From: Candidatus Dormibacter sp.
Lineage (GTDB): Bacteria > Chloroflexota > Dormibacteria > Aeolococcales > Aeolococcaceae
DNA length: 64,000 nucleotides
Direction: 5' to 3'
Assembly: GCA_039935655.1 (NCBI GenBank)
Contig: JBDTJX010000081.1
Span: 1,437-65,436 of the forward strand
Part shown: positions 19,310 to 29,443 of the stretch, piece after piece
Position numbering within the stretch: the first letter of the stretch is position 1
Layout of the letters: each line of letters opens with the position of its first letter
Notes under the pieces: model-generated
Told to the model about the DNA's origin: nothing
Databases searched by the model: none
Seen by the model: only the letters and a program-made list of their open reading frames with translations
Program-made: the position numbers and the translations under genes

Positions 19310-20211
19310 ACGACGTGGCTGAGCGCGGCGGGCAGGTCAGCCGTCTCGACCTGCGCGTGGCCAGGCAGTCGGGTGTCAGCCGGACCGCCGCGCAGTTGCT
19401 CATCGCGGGCGGCCACGTGCGAGTCAACGAGCGTCCCGCCAAGTCCGGTCAGCGCGTGGGTGACGCCGACGACGTGGTGGTGGTCATCCCGCCGGTGGCC
19501 GAGCCGCGCGCCGACGTCGCCGGCCCGCAGGTGCCGCTGACCGTCGTGTACGAGGATGACGCGCTGGCGGTGATCGACAAACCGGCGGGGTTGGTGGTGC
19601 ACCCCGCGCCCGGGCACCCCGCGGGCACGCTGGCGGACGGACTCCGGCAGCGGGGCACAACCTGGTCGCAGCTGGGCGGTGAACAACGGCCGGGCATCGT
19701 CCACCGGCTCGACCGCGATACCAGCGGGTTGCTGGTGGTCGCCAAGACGCAGGCGGCACACCACTCCCTGTCGTTGCAACTGCAGCGCCGCACTCTCGGC
19801 CGTGTCTACTGGGCGCTGGTGCACGGCGTGTTCCGGGAGTCGACCGGCCGCGTCGATGCGCCCATCGGGCGAGATCCCAGCCATCGTCAGCGCATGGCCG
19901 TCGTCGATGGCGGACGGCCGGCAGTGACGGACTTCGCGGTGGTCGAGCGCATGCGGAAGTTCACGCGGCTCGAGGTTCGCCTCCTGAGCGGGCGCACCCA
20001 CCAGATCCGCGTGCACCTCGCGTCGATCAGCCACCCGATCGCCGGAGACCCGGTCTACGGACGGCGGGGCGACGAGATCAGCGCGCGGCCCGCGCTGCAC
20101 GCGCAGCGCCTCACCTTCCTCCACCCCGATGACGGCCGTCGCTGCGACTTCACGTCGCCCCTGCCCGCCGACCTCGAGGCAGCCCTGATCGCCGCCGCAG
20201 AGGTTTCCTGA
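19306..20211 (+). CDS. rluD: RluA-family 23S rRNA pseudouridine synthase (RluD-like)
   Basis: S4 domain followed by the catalytic HRLDRDTSG motif. ATG overlaps lspA stop (ATGA); the upstream 210 aa of the ORF-track entry are in-frame read-through lacking homology. Confidence 0.85.
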   Translation: MNDVAERGGQVSRLDLRVARQSGVSRTAAQLLIAGGHVRVNERPAKSGQRVGDADDVVVVIPPVAEPRADVAGPQVPLTVVYEDDALAVIDKPAGLVVHPAPGHPAGTLADGLRQRGTTWSQLGGEQRPGIVHRLDRDTSGLLVVAKTQAAHHSLSLQLQRRTLGRVYWALVHGVFRESTGRVDAPIGRDPSHRQRMAVVDGGRPAVTDFAVVERMRKFTRLEVRLLSGRTHQIRVHLASISHPIAGDPVYGRRGDEISARPALHAQRLTFLHPDDGRRCDFTSPLPADLEAALIAAAEVS

Positions 20212-20807
20212 TGGGGCGCGCGCCCCGCCTGACGACCCAGCCAGGCCGGCTGATTGTTCTGTCCGGCCCCAGCGGGGTCGGCAAGGACACAGTCCTGCAC
20301 GAGCTGCGCCGCCTCGAACCGAGGTTGCGCTACAGCGTGTCGTACACCACGCGCTCCCCCCGGTCAGGAGAGACCGACGGCGTGTCCTATTCGTTCATCG
20401 ACGAGCCGACGTTCCGCACGATGGCGGAACGCGGCGAGTTCCTCGAGTGGGCCGAGGTGCACGGCCACCTCTACGGCACCGCCGAGGCGCGCGTCAAAGA
20501 GGCGCTGGCTCGCGGCGAGGACATCGTCCTCAAGATCGACGTCCAGGGAGCCGCGTGGATCCGCCCCCGGGTCGACGGCGCGCTCTTCATCTTCCTGATG
20601 CCGCCGTCTGAGGACGAGCTGCGCCGCCGCCTGCGAGCCCGCGACACCGAGGACGACGAGTCCGTCGAGCTGCGGGTGGGCAACGCCGTGGCCGAAATGG
20701 CCGAGGGGGCGGCGTACGATCACCGGGTTGTGAACGACCACGTCAACCGCGCCGCGCGTGAGATCCTCGACATGGTGCGCCGTCGCCGGTCGGAGACGGG
20801 TCGGTGA
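20211..20807 (+). CDS. gmk: Guanylate kinase
   Basis: P-loop GPSGVGK and characteristic SVSYTTRSPR...GVSY motif. ATG overlaps rluD stop. Confidence 0.9.
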   Translation: MGRAPRLTTQPGRLIVLSGPSGVGKDTVLHELRRLEPRLRYSVSYTTRSPRSGETDGVSYSFIDEPTFRTMAERGEFLEWAEVHGHLYGTAEARVKEALARGEDIVLKIDVQGAAWIRPRVDGALFIFLMPPSEDELRRRLRARDTEDDESVELRVGNAVAEMAEGAAYDHRVVNDHVNRAAREILDMVRRRRSETGR

Positions 20808-21373
20808 GCGCGGCGCAGAACCGCGCCGGGCAGGTCGCGGTGCACGTGTCCGGGAGCGTGGCGGCGTACAAGGCGTGTGAGGTGGTCACCGCGTTGCGCA
20901 AGGAGGGCTGCGAGGTTCGCGTGGCCATGACCCCGGGCGCACACCGCTTCATCACGGCGATCACCCTGCAGAGCCTGAGCGGACACCCTGTTCTCAGCGA
21001 CGTCTGGGAGGAGGTGGGCGCCCCCCACGGTATGGGCCACATCGAGCTGGGTTCGTGGGCCGACGTGCACGTCGCCGTCGCCGCGTCCGCAAACCTGATC
21101 GCGCGGCTGGCGCAGGGGCTGGCCGACGACGCGGTGACCACGACTGTGCTGGCCAGCCGCGCGCCGCTGCTTGTCGCGCCCGCCATGGAGACTGCGATGT
21201 GGGACCACCCGGCGACGCGGGCCAACGTTGACGTTCTCCGCGCCCGAGGGGTCAGTGTCATCGGGCCGGTGAGCGGCCGTCTTGCCAGCGGCGCCGACGG
21301 CGCGGGACGCATGGCCGACGTCGGTGCTGTCGTGGAGGCAACTCTCGCGCAGTTGAAAGCCGGCGGACGCTGA
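20804..21373 (+). CDS. coaC: Phosphopantothenoylcysteine decarboxylase (flavoprotein, CoaC domain) as a separate ORF
   Basis: VSGSVAAYKA flavin-binding N-terminus. Stop at 21371-21373. Confidence 0.8.
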   Translation: MSAAQNRAGQVAVHVSGSVAAYKACEVVTALRKEGCEVRVAMTPGAHRFITAITLQSLSGHPVLSDVWEEVGAPHGMGHIELGSWADVHVAVAASANLIARLAQGLADDAVTTTVLASRAPLLVAPAMETAMWDHPATRANVDVLRARGVSVIGPVSGRLASGADGAGRMADVGAVVEATLAQLKAGGR

Positions 21374-21383
21374 CCCGGCGGCA

Positions 21384-22067
21384 GTGCCTCGATCGGCGCC
21401 GTCGTTCGCCAACCGCCGCGTCGTTGTCACCGCCGGCGGCACCCGCGAGCCCATCGACGTGGTGCGATACATCGGCAACCGCAGCAGCGGGCGGATGGGC
21501 AACGCCATCGCACTTGCCGCCGTCGACCGCGGCGCCGCCGTGACGCTGATCACCACCGTCGCCCCAGCACACGATGAGCGTGTCACCGTGGTTCGCGTGG
21601 ACACGGCCGACGAGATGGATGCGGCGGTGAGACGTGCGTTGCCGGGGGCTGACGTGCTGCTGATGGCGGCGGCGGTCGCCGATTACCGGGTGGCTGACGT
21701 CGCCCGACGCAAGTTGAAGAAACAAGCCTCGCTGACGCTCGACCTGGTGCCCACCGTCGACATCCTTGGCGGCCTTGCCGGCGACCCGGCGCGCCACGGC
21801 GTGCTCGTCGTCGGTTTCGCCGCCGAGACCGACGATATCGAAGCCAACGCGCGCCGCAAGCTCACGGGCAAGCAACTCGACCTGGTCGTCCTCAACGACA
21901 TCGCGCGCTCGGGGATCGGCATGGGCACCGAGGACAACGAGGTGAGCGTCTTCGACTCCGCCGGTCTTGTCGCGCACATCTCACGGCGGCCCAAGCCGCT
22001 GGTGGCCGGCGCTCTGCTCGACATCGTCGCCGGCCGCCTTGGCGCCGCGGCGCGGGTGCGACGATGA
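21384..22067 (+). CDS. coaB: Phosphopantothenate--cysteine ligase (CoaB domain) as a separate ORF
   Basis: CoaB CTP-binding region (VVVTAGGTREPIDVVRYIGNRSSGRMG). Begins 11 nt after the coaC stop, in a different frame. Confidence 0.8.
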   Translation: MPRSAPSFANRRVVVTAGGTREPIDVVRYIGNRSSGRMGNAIALAAVDRGAAVTLITTVAPAHDERVTVVRVDTADEMDAAVRRALPGADVLLMAAAVADYRVADVARRKLKKQASLTLDLVPTVDILGGLAGDPARHGVLVVGFAAETDDIEANARRKLTGKQLDLVVLNDIARSGIGMGTEDNEVSVFDSAGLVAHISRRPKPLVAGALLDIVAGRLGAAARVRR

Positions 22068-24127
22068 CGGCGCCGGCGCCGGTCACGCCGGAAGTCACCA
22101 CGGCCCTGGTCGAGGAGGAAACCGTCACCTACGTCGCCGTCGTACCCGACACGGGAGCGATCCTTCCCCAGGACCACTTCACCTACGCGGTGCCCCCCGG
22201 CCTCGCCGCCGCCGCGGTGCCCGGCGCTCGCGTCGAGGTTCCGTTCGGCCGCCGCGACGTCCTCGGGTACGTCGTCGGCCAAGAGCGGGAGACGAGCAGG
22301 GGTGATGCCAGGCTGATTGCCGCGGTCCTCGACGAGCCGCCGATCCTCGACCCGGCTGCGCTGGCACTGGCGCGGTGGATCGCCGAGCGCTACTGCTCGC
22401 CGCTGGGCGAGGTGATCAGGGCGATGCTCCCCAGGGGGGTTCGAGCGGCGCGACCGGGGGGACGCAAGCGCGGGCCGCGTACCACGTCCGCGGCGATGCA
22501 CGCGGCCGGCGCCGGAGAGGCCGAGCCTGCCGAGACCCCGCCCGCGCTCACGGAGCCGCAACGAGCCGCCGCCGCGCCGTTGCTCGAGGCGATCGCCTCC
22601 GGCACCCATCGCCGCGTGCTGCTTCACGGCGTGACCGGGGCGGGCAAGACCGAGGTGTACCTCGTCGCCATCGCCGCAGCGCTGGCCGCCGGCCGCCAGG
22701 CGATCGTGATGGTGCCCGAGATCGCGCTCACCCCGCAGACCATTCGCCGGTTCGCGGCGCGTTTCCCGGGTCGGGTGGCGGTGCTGCATTCGGGGCTCAC
22801 CGAGTCCGAGCGCGCCCGCGAGTGGCGCCGTATCCGCGACGGCAGCCTCGACGTCGTGGTGGGCTCGCGGAGCGCCGTCTTCGCCCCCCTGCCCCGCCTC
22901 GGCGTCATCGTGGTCGACGAGGAGGACGCCGGCGCCTACAAACAGGACCGTATCCCGCGCTACCACGCCGTGGACACGGCTCTCGAGCGCGGCCGCCTTG
23001 AACAGGTGCCGGTCGTGGTGGGCAGCGCCACCCCGAGGGTCGAGACGTACTACGCGGCCCACACCGGTGGTTTCGAGCTGGTCAGGCTCGACGAGCGCAT
23101 CAGCGGACGCCCGCTGCCACCGATCGAGGTGGTCGACCTGCGTGAAGAGTTGCATGCGGGGAACCGCAGTCCGCTGTCACTCGAGCTTGTCCGCGCGTTC
23201 CGCGAATGCCACGACGCCGGCGGTCAGTCGATCCTCTTCCTCAACCGCCGCGGCAGCGCGACCGTGGTGGTGTGTCGCAACTGTGGCGAGGCGTTGAACT
23301 GCGACAGCTGCAGCGTGTCGCTCGTGTATCACGCGCAGCGGCGGCGCTGTGACTGCCATTACTGTGGCAGCTCGCGGCCCCTCCCGGAGACCTGTCCCAG
23401 CTGCCGGTCAACGGCGATCCGCGGATTGGGGACGGGCACCGAGCGGCTGGAGGCCGAGGTGCATGAACGCTTTCCCGACGTGCGCCTGCTGCGCATGGAC
23501 CGCGACACCACAGCCACGCGGGATGCCTACTTCACGATCTACGACCAGTTCGCCCGCCACGAGGCCGACTGCCTGATCGGCACGCAGATGGTCGCCAAGG
23601 GCTGGGACCTCGGCAACGTGCGCCTGGTCGGGATCGTCAACGCTGATGTCTCATTACACTTTCCCGATTACCGCAGCGGCGAGTCGACGTTCTCTCTGCT
23701 CACTCAGGTGGCGGGACGGGCGGGCCGCGGCGACGAGCCCGCGCGGGTCATCCTCCAAACCTACAGCCCGCAACACTACGCGGTGCGGCACGCGACGACG
23801 CACGACTACCTCTCCTTCGCACGCGAGGAGATCCGCGTCCGCAAGGCACTTCGCTTCCCGCCCTACACGCGCTTGGTGGTGTGCACCGTCGCCAATCGCG
23901 AGGATGCGCGCGCCGAACTCGATGCTCGGCGGGCGCTTGCGGAGGTGTCTGATAAACTCGGAGCGGGGTCGGGCCTTGACGTCCTCGGGCCGACTCCGGC
24001 CTTCCTGCACCGGCTTCGGGGTGAGTACCGTTGGCAGATCACGGTGCGGGGCGAGGCGATCGAGAGGGCATTCCCGCACCTGCCGCGTGGCCGCGGCTGG
24101 AGCATCGACGTCGACCCAGGACCCTGA
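22064..24127 (+). CDS. priA: Primosomal protein N' (PriA helicase)
   Basis: Walker A GVTGAGKTEVY, DEAD-like VVDEE, and Cys-rich zinc-binding insert (CRNCG...CDSC...CDCHYCG...CPSC). Confidence 0.9.
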   Translation: MTAPAPVTPEVTTALVEEETVTYVAVVPDTGAILPQDHFTYAVPPGLAAAAVPGARVEVPFGRRDVLGYVVGQERETSRGDARLIAAVLDEPPILDPAALALARWIAERYCSPLGEVIRAMLPRGVRAARPGGRKRGPRTTSAAMHAAGAGEAEPAETPPALTEPQRAAAAPLLEAIASGTHRRVLLHGVTGAGKTEVYLVAIAAALAAGRQAIVMVPEIALTPQTIRRFAARFPGRVAVLHSGLTESERAREWRRIRDGSLDVVVGSRSAVFAPLPRLGVIVVDEEDAGAYKQDRIPRYHAVDTALERGRLEQVPVVVGSATPRVETYYAAHTGGFELVRLDERISGRPLPPIEVVDLREELHAGNRSPLSLELVRAFRECHDAGGQSILFLNRRGSATVVVCRNCGEALNCDSCSVSLVYHAQRRRCDCHYCGSSRPLPETCPSCRSTAIRGLGTGTERLEAEVHERFPDVRLLRMDRDTTATRDAYFTIYDQFARHEADCLIGTQMVAKGWDLGNVRLVGIVNADVSLHFPDYRSGESTFSLLTQVAGRAGRGDEPARVILQTYSPQHYAVRHATTHDYLSFAREEIRVRKALRFPPYTRLVVCTVANREDARAELDARRALAEVSDKLGAGSGLDVLGPTPAFLHRLRGEYRWQITVRGEAIERAFPHLPRGRGWSIDVDPGP

Positions 24128-24135
24128 GGTGACCC

Positions 24136-24651
24136 GTGGCACTGCTTCCCATCATCCTCTCCACTGACGAGGATCCCGTCCTCACCACCAAGGCGACCCG
24201 GGTGCCGCGCGTCGACGACGCCATCCGCAAGCTCATGGACGACATGGTCGAGACCATGATCGATGCGCACGGCGCAGGCCTTGCAGCGCCGCAGGTGGGC
24301 GTGTCACACCGGGTGATCGTGCTGCGCGTCGACAATCAGCTGTACCAGCTCGCCAACCCGGAGATGGTCCGCTGCGAGGGTGAGCAGACCGGGATCGAAG
24401 GCTGCCTGTCTGTGCCCGGCCTGATCGGCGAGGTGACCCGCTGCGAGCGCGTCGTCGCCAAGGGCCTCAATCGCCACGGCAAGGAGATCCGGGTCAAGGG
24501 TGATGGTTTGCTGGCCCGGGCTATCCAGCACGAGATCGATCACCTCGACGGAATCCTGTTCACCACCAAGGTGATCGAGGGCACCCTGCGCAGCTGGGAC
24601 CAGTTCGACGAGGAGAAGGCCGGGGCGCTCGAGGGCGAGCTGGTCGGCTGA
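24136..24651 (+). CDS. def: Peptide deformylase
   Basis: Three catalytic motifs: GLAAPQVG, EGCLS and HEIDHL. Confidence 0.9.
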   Translation: MALLPIILSTDEDPVLTTKATRVPRVDDAIRKLMDDMVETMIDAHGAGLAAPQVGVSHRVIVLRVDNQLYQLANPEMVRCEGEQTGIEGCLSVPGLIGEVTRCERVVAKGLNRHGKEIRVKGDGLLARAIQHEIDHLDGILFTTKVIEGTLRSWDQFDEEKAGALEGELVG

Positions 24652-24673
24652 TCGCCGCCGTGCGCGAGGACTC

Positions 24674-25594
24674 GTGATGCGCATCGTGTTCTGCGGGACG
24701 GCCGAGTTTGCGGTGCCCGCACTGCACGCGCTCGCGGAGACACACGATGTGCTGGCTGTGGTCACCCAACCCGACCGGGCGGGGTCGCGAGGGCGCCCCG
24801 CCGCGCGCCCAGTCGGCGACGCCGCCTCGCTGCTCGGCCTGCCGGTGCTGCGACCGGAGCGCATCCGCGCCCCGCAGAGTGTCGCCGAGATCACCGACCT
24901 CGCTCCCGACGCGCTGGTTGTTGCCGCCTATGGCCAGATCATTCCGACGGCCCTGCTCGAGGCTCCGAGGTACGGCGGCGTCAACGTGCACGGCTCCCTG
25001 TTGCCGCGCTGGCGGGGCGCGGCGCCGGTCGCCGCGGCGATCCTTTGCGGAGACTCGCGCACCGGCGTGTCCATCATGCGCATGGACGCGGGACTCGACA
25101 CCGGCGCGGTGTACGCGATGCGTGAGATCCCCGTCGCGGCGACCGACACCACCCCGTTGCTCACCGAGCGCCTCGCCGCCCACGGCGCGGGGCTGCTGCT
25201 CGAGGTGCTCGAGGGCCTCGCCGCCGGCACGGCTGCGGCGACAGCGCAGGACGATGCGCTCGCGACCCATGCGCCGCGACTCTCCCGCGACGACGGTCGC
25301 ATCGAGTGGGCCGCCGCCTCGGCTGTCGACATCGACCGGCATGTCCGTGCGCTGCTGCCCTGGCCTGGCACCACGGCGCCGCTGGGCGGTCAGCGCGTGC
25401 GCCTTCTCGCCGGCGAGGTCAGCGGCCACGTTGCTTCGCCGGCGAGGCCTCCGGGCGAGGTTGTCGCCATCGTCGGCGACTCGGTGTCTGTCGCCAGCGC
25501 GGCGGGTGTCTATCGCGTCGATTTCGTGCACCCGCCCGCGGGACGCCCGATGAGCGCCGCGGCATATCTCCGCGGTCGCCGGACAGCGCAGTAA
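24674..25594 (+). CDS. fmt: Methionyl-tRNA formyltransferase
   Basis: MRIVFCGT N-terminus and the formyltransferase SLLPRWRG motif; def-fmt synteny. Confidence 0.9.
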   Translation: MMRIVFCGTAEFAVPALHALAETHDVLAVVTQPDRAGSRGRPAARPVGDAASLLGLPVLRPERIRAPQSVAEITDLAPDALVVAAYGQIIPTALLEAPRYGGVNVHGSLLPRWRGAAPVAAAILCGDSRTGVSIMRMDAGLDTGAVYAMREIPVAATDTTPLLTERLAAHGAGLLLEVLEGLAAGTAAATAQDDALATHAPRLSRDDGRIEWAAASAVDIDRHVRALLPWPGTTAPLGGQRVRLLAGEVSGHVASPARPPGEVVAIVGDSVSVASAAGVYRVDFVHPPAGRPMSAAAYLRGRRTAQ

Positions 25595-25598
25595 CGCC

Positions 25599-26084
25599 AT
25601 GGCCAGGGCCACAGCCGAGAAGCAGACCGATCCCACGCTGGCTCGGAATCGCCATGCCACTCATGAGTACGAGATCCTGGAAAGGTTCGAGGCGGGCATC
25701 GAGCTCGCCGGCACCGAGGTGAAGGCGTTGCGCGGCGGGCGTACCAACCTGCGCGAAGGCTATGTGCGCGTCGAGGGCGGCGAGGCATGGCTGCTCGGTG
25801 TCAACATCGCCGAGTACACGCAGGGACACCGTCGCAACCATGAGCCGCAGCGCCGGCGCCGCCTCCTGCTTCACAAGCGGGAGATCGAGTACCTCGGAGC
25901 GAAGGTCGCTCAGCAGGGTCTGACCTTGGTCCCGCTGCGCATCTACCTGAAGCGCAACCGCATCAAGCTGGAGGTCGGGCTGGCACGCGGCAAGAAGCTG
26001 TGGGACAAGCGCCACGCGATCGCCGAGCGCGACGCCCGCCGTGACGTCGAACGCGCTACAGCGCGGGCGCAGCGGCTCGGCTGA
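25599..26084 (+). CDS. smpB: SsrA-binding protein SmpB
   Basis: Full-length SmpB-like sequence (NRHATHEYEILERFEAGIELAGTEVKALR...) with a basic C-terminal tail. Confidence 0.9.
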   Translation: MARATAEKQTDPTLARNRHATHEYEILERFEAGIELAGTEVKALRGGRTNLREGYVRVEGGEAWLLGVNIAEYTQGHRRNHEPQRRRRLLLHKREIEYLGAKVAQQGLTLVPLRIYLKRNRIKLEVGLARGKKLWDKRHAIAERDARRDVERATARAQRLG

Positions 26085-27357
26085 CGGCGCCGGTGCGCAA
26101 CGCGCGCACGATGGTGAAGAGCAGCCCCGCAGCGAGCAACGCCGGCAGCGAGCAGGCCTGCAGGAAGAACCACCACAGTGGCCCCGAGGAGATGTTGACG
26201 ATGGTCTGCATGGTGATCGCCGCGATGACGCCACCCCCGACCGCTCCGATGCCGACCAGGGCGGCGATCGTCCAGGCGCTCAGCGCGCGGCGGTGCAGGC
26301 CGCGCTCGTAGGCGAGCCCCGCGCCGGCGGCGATGGCGATGAGCAGGTGGACGTATACGGGGTACCACGCGATCGACCCGACGAGCAGCATGGCGATGAT
26401 CCCGCAGGCGAACTCTGCGCCGCGTTCAGCGCGCGTGCGACGACCCTGCCTGACAGCAAGCCAGACTGCGGCCACAGTGGCCACCGAGAGGGCGGTTGCG
26501 ATGGCGTGCAGCCAGAGGGATGCGCCAGCGGCGGCGAGAACAGAGTGCTGGCCGAGCCTGCTGACCACGCCATTCCACGTCTGGTTGTAGATCCAGCCGT
26601 TATCGCGGTTGAGAACGGGGAGCACGGACGTGATGTACTGATGTGTGACCGTCCAACCCAACGTGGCAACGGCGAGAGCTGCGCACGCTGCGACCGCAGC
26701 GACGCTCGCGGCGACGGCATGCCACCAGCCGCGACGGGCGAGCACCACCAGCAGCACGATCGGGGCAAGCTTGATGCTCGCTGCGACACCGAGGACGACC
26801 CCACAGCGCGTGCGGTGCCCCGACAGGTAGTCCGAGAGTGCCACTGCCAGGAGCAGGAAGATGAACAGGTTGATCTGCCCGTGCCAGAGGTTGTAGGTGG
26901 CCGGCGGGAACGTGAGCGCGACGATGATGGCGATGCGCGCACGTGGCCACGACGCGGGCAGCGCGGTCCGGGCGACGATCACAGCACCGCCGACCAGCGC
27001 GCCGAGCGAGAGCCACAGCCACACGATCTCCTGCCAACGCGACGACAGGAAGTCGAGTGGCCGGAGCAGCAGGGCGGCGAACGGCGGGTAGTCGAACCCC
27101 GACATCACGATCGTGCCGCTGCCGAAATTGGCGTATGGGCTGGTACCTCCTGCCACCGCGTGAGCGGCCTGGGTGTACGCAGCGAAGTCCTCGAACTCTC
27201 CTGCGAAGTGGCCGAAGATCGGCACCAGCACGAAGTTGTAGGCAGCGGCGGCCGTCGCAGCGATGGCGGCAGCCGTGATCACCCGCGACAGGCTCCGCCG
27301 GCTCCGCGCCGCCCGGTTGGCTCGCGGGGCGGCTTTCCGACTCGTCATCACCGACAC
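26056..27357 (-). CDS. Polytopic membrane glycosyltransferase, GT87/DUF2029-like (mannosyltransferase-like)
   Basis: About 12 TM segments with DUF2029-like conserved pieces (FxDFxxYxxAA, YPPF). Its 3' end overlaps smpB by 29 nt (convergent). Confidence 0.55.
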   Translation of the reverse strand: MSVMTSRKAAPRANRAARSRRSLSRVITAAAIAATAAAAYNFVLVPIFGHFAGEFEDFAAYTQAAHAVAGGTSPYANFGSGTIVMSGFDYPPFAALLLRPLDFLSSRWQEIVWLWLSLGALVGGAVIVARTALPASWPRARIAIIVALTFPPATYNLWHGQINLFIFLLLAVALSDYLSGHRTRCGVVLGVAASIKLAPIVLLVVLARRGWWHAVAASVAAVAACAALAVATLGWTVTHQYITSVLPVLNRDNGWIYNQTWNGVVSRLGQHSVLAAAGASLWLHAIATALSVATVAAVWLAVRQGRRTRAERGAEFACGIIAMLLVGSIAWYPVYVHLLIAIAAGAGLAYERGLHRRALSAWTIAALVGIGAVGGGVIAAITMQTIVNISSGPLWWFFLQACSLPALLAAGLLFTIVRALRTGAVSRAAAPAL

Positions 27358-27431
27358 GCTGAGAGTGTCGCGCCCGCCGCTTCCGTCCGTCCCTGCGTGC
27401 GCGCGACCGTTACCCAGGCGTGACCGCCCGG

Positions 27432-28691
27432 TTAGGAGGCGGCGCGGTGCGTCTGCTCGGAATCCGAGCCCAGGTCAGGTTCGAGCGGGAGGTCGAACGT
27501 CGTCCCGGCGGCCATGATGGGCCGGTTGGCGCGGGTGTCGGGAACGGCGGCGGCTGCCAGCGCGTCCACGGCAGCGCGGAGGTCACGCAGGCCGGTGCCC
27601 TTGGTCGCGGAGACCAGCACCGGCGCGAGACCGGCGATCTCGCCGAGCCGTTGCGCGATCTCGGTGGCCTCGGCCGGGGAGAGACGGTCGACCTTGTTGA
27701 CGACGAGCACCGCCGGCTGATCGCAGCCCATATCCTCGAGTGTCTCGAGGACAGTGGCCAGTTGTGCCTCGGCGTCACGATGGGACGCGTCGACGACGAT
27801 GGCCAGCAGGTGGGCCTCGCGCACCTCCTCGAGCGTGGCCGCGAACGCCTCCACCAGCTCGTGAGGCAGAGACTGGATGAACCCGACCGTGTCGGTCACG
27901 ATGATCCGCCGCCCGCTGGCCAGGCCGAGAAGACGCGAGGTGGGGTCGAGGGTGGCGAACAGCAGGTCGTCGGCGAGCACGGTTGAATTGGTGAGCTTGT
28001 TGAGCAGCGTCGACTTGCCCGCGTTGGTGTAGCCGACGAGTGCGCACGACGCCAGCGGGACCGCCGTGCGCGCGGTGCGCCGGGTGGCCCGCTGCCGCTC
28101 GATCGCGCGTAGGCGCTGGCGCAGCCGGCGCAGCTTCTGGTTGATCAGGCGGCGGTCCACCTCGATCTGCTTCTCACCCATGCCGCCGCGCATACCCCCG
28201 GTGCCAACGCGGCCGCGCTGCCGTTCGAGGTGGGCCCAGCCGCCGGCCAGGCGGGGCAGCTGGTGCTCGAGCTGCGCCATCTCCACCTGTACGCGGCCCT
28301 CGGCGCTGCGGGCCCGGCGAGCGAAGATCGACAGGATCACCTCGGTGCGATCGAGAACCGGCACACCCCACCTCTCCTCGAGGTTGCGCTGCTGGCGCGG
28401 CGACAGCTCGTCGTTGATCAACGCTGCCGGACCGCCCAGCTCCTGGATACGCGCGCCCAGCGCGTCCACCGTGCCCGATCCGAAGAACGTGGCTGGGTGG
28501 ATCTCGCGCAACGGCACCGGTGCGCGCTCGACGACCTTGGTCTTCAGCGTGCGTGCCAACTCTTCGAGCTCGTCGAGCTCGATCTCCGTTTGCTCGCGGT
28601 TCGACCGCCCCAGGAACGCACCCACGATCAGCACGTTGTCGATCGTCGCGGCGACGTCCGGGTCAGCGCCGCTTCGTCTCTGTCGGGCCAT
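27432..28691 (-). CDS. hflX: GTPase HflX
   Basis: HflX N-terminal domain followed by G-domain motifs: G1 GYTNAGKST, G3 DTVGF and G4 NKVD. Confidence 0.9.
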   Translation of the reverse strand: MARQRRSGADPDVAATIDNVLIVGAFLGRSNREQTEIELDELEELARTLKTKVVERAPVPLREIHPATFFGSGTVDALGARIQELGGPAALINDELSPRQQRNLEERWGVPVLDRTEVILSIFARRARSAEGRVQVEMAQLEHQLPRLAGGWAHLERQRGRVGTGGMRGGMGEKQIEVDRRLINQKLRRLRQRLRAIERQRATRRTARTAVPLASCALVGYTNAGKSTLLNKLTNSTVLADDLLFATLDPTSRLLGLASGRRIIVTDTVGFIQSLPHELVEAFAATLEEVREAHLLAIVVDASHRDAEAQLATVLETLEDMGCDQPAVLVVNKVDRLSPAEATEIAQRLGEIAGLAPVLVSATKGTGLRDLRAAVDALAAAAVPDTRANRPIMAAGTTFDLPLEPDLGSDSEQTHRAAS

Positions 28692-28725
28692 GTGAGCCCT
28701 AGCCTATTGCATCCTCACTGGCGGC

Positions 28726-29442
28726 GTGACAGCAGACGAGGCAGCGTCCAGCAGCTGTGCCATGCTGCCGTCCGTGAGGGCACGAACGGGCAGCGGACCG
28801 ACGTTGCCGGTCTGCGTCGAAGTCGGTCGCAACCGCGCCTTCGCCAGCGCGCTCGACTGGCCGGGGTGGTGTCGTTCGGGCCGGGACGAGCTGGCCGCGC
28901 TCGACGCACTGGCGGATCATGCGCATCGATATCGCGCGGTCGCCGACGAGGCGCACCTGCCGTTTGCGGTCGGCGAGTTCACCGTGATCGAGCGAATTCC
29001 CGGAACGGCAACGACGGACTTCGGCGCCCCCGATCGGGCCGCGTCGGCGGAGGCCCAACCGCTGACTGCGGCTGATATACGGCGCCTGAATTCCCTGGTG
29101 GCGTCGGCCTGGACGGTGTTCGACCGAGTGATCGAGGCGACGCCGGCGTCGTTGCGCAAGGGTCCGCGCGGCGGCGGGCGCGACCGCGACGCGATGGTCG
29201 ACCACGTGCTCGCCGCCGAGCATGCCTATGCGCGCAAGCTCGGCGTCCGGGTGCCGCAACCGCACACCGATGAGTCGGCGGAGATCGCCAGCCTGCGGCA
29301 GGCGATCCTCGGGGCCCTCGCCGCCGCGACCGCAGGCGAGCCTCTGGTGGAGCGGGGCTGGCTGCCGCGGTACGCCGCACGCCGGATCGCGTGGCACGTC
29401 CTCGACCACGCGTGGGAGATGGAGGACCGCCGCGAGCCGTGA
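28726..29442 (+). CDS. Hypothetical protein, possibly DinB/YfiT-like helical-bundle metalloprotein
   Basis: Conserved-looking His positions (DHVLAAEH..., WHVLDHAWE) but no firm family assignment. Start uncertain. Confidence 0.35.
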   Translation: MTADEAASSSCAMLPSVRARTGSGPTLPVCVEVGRNRAFASALDWPGWCRSGRDELAALDALADHAHRYRAVADEAHLPFAVGEFTVIERIPGTATTDFGAPDRAASAEAQPLTAADIRRLNSLVASAWTVFDRVIEATPASLRKGPRGGGRDRDAMVDHVLAAEHAYARKLGVRVPQPHTDESAEIASLRQAILGALAAATAGEPLVERGWLPRYAARRIAWHVLDHAWEMEDRREP

Positions 29443-29443
29443 G

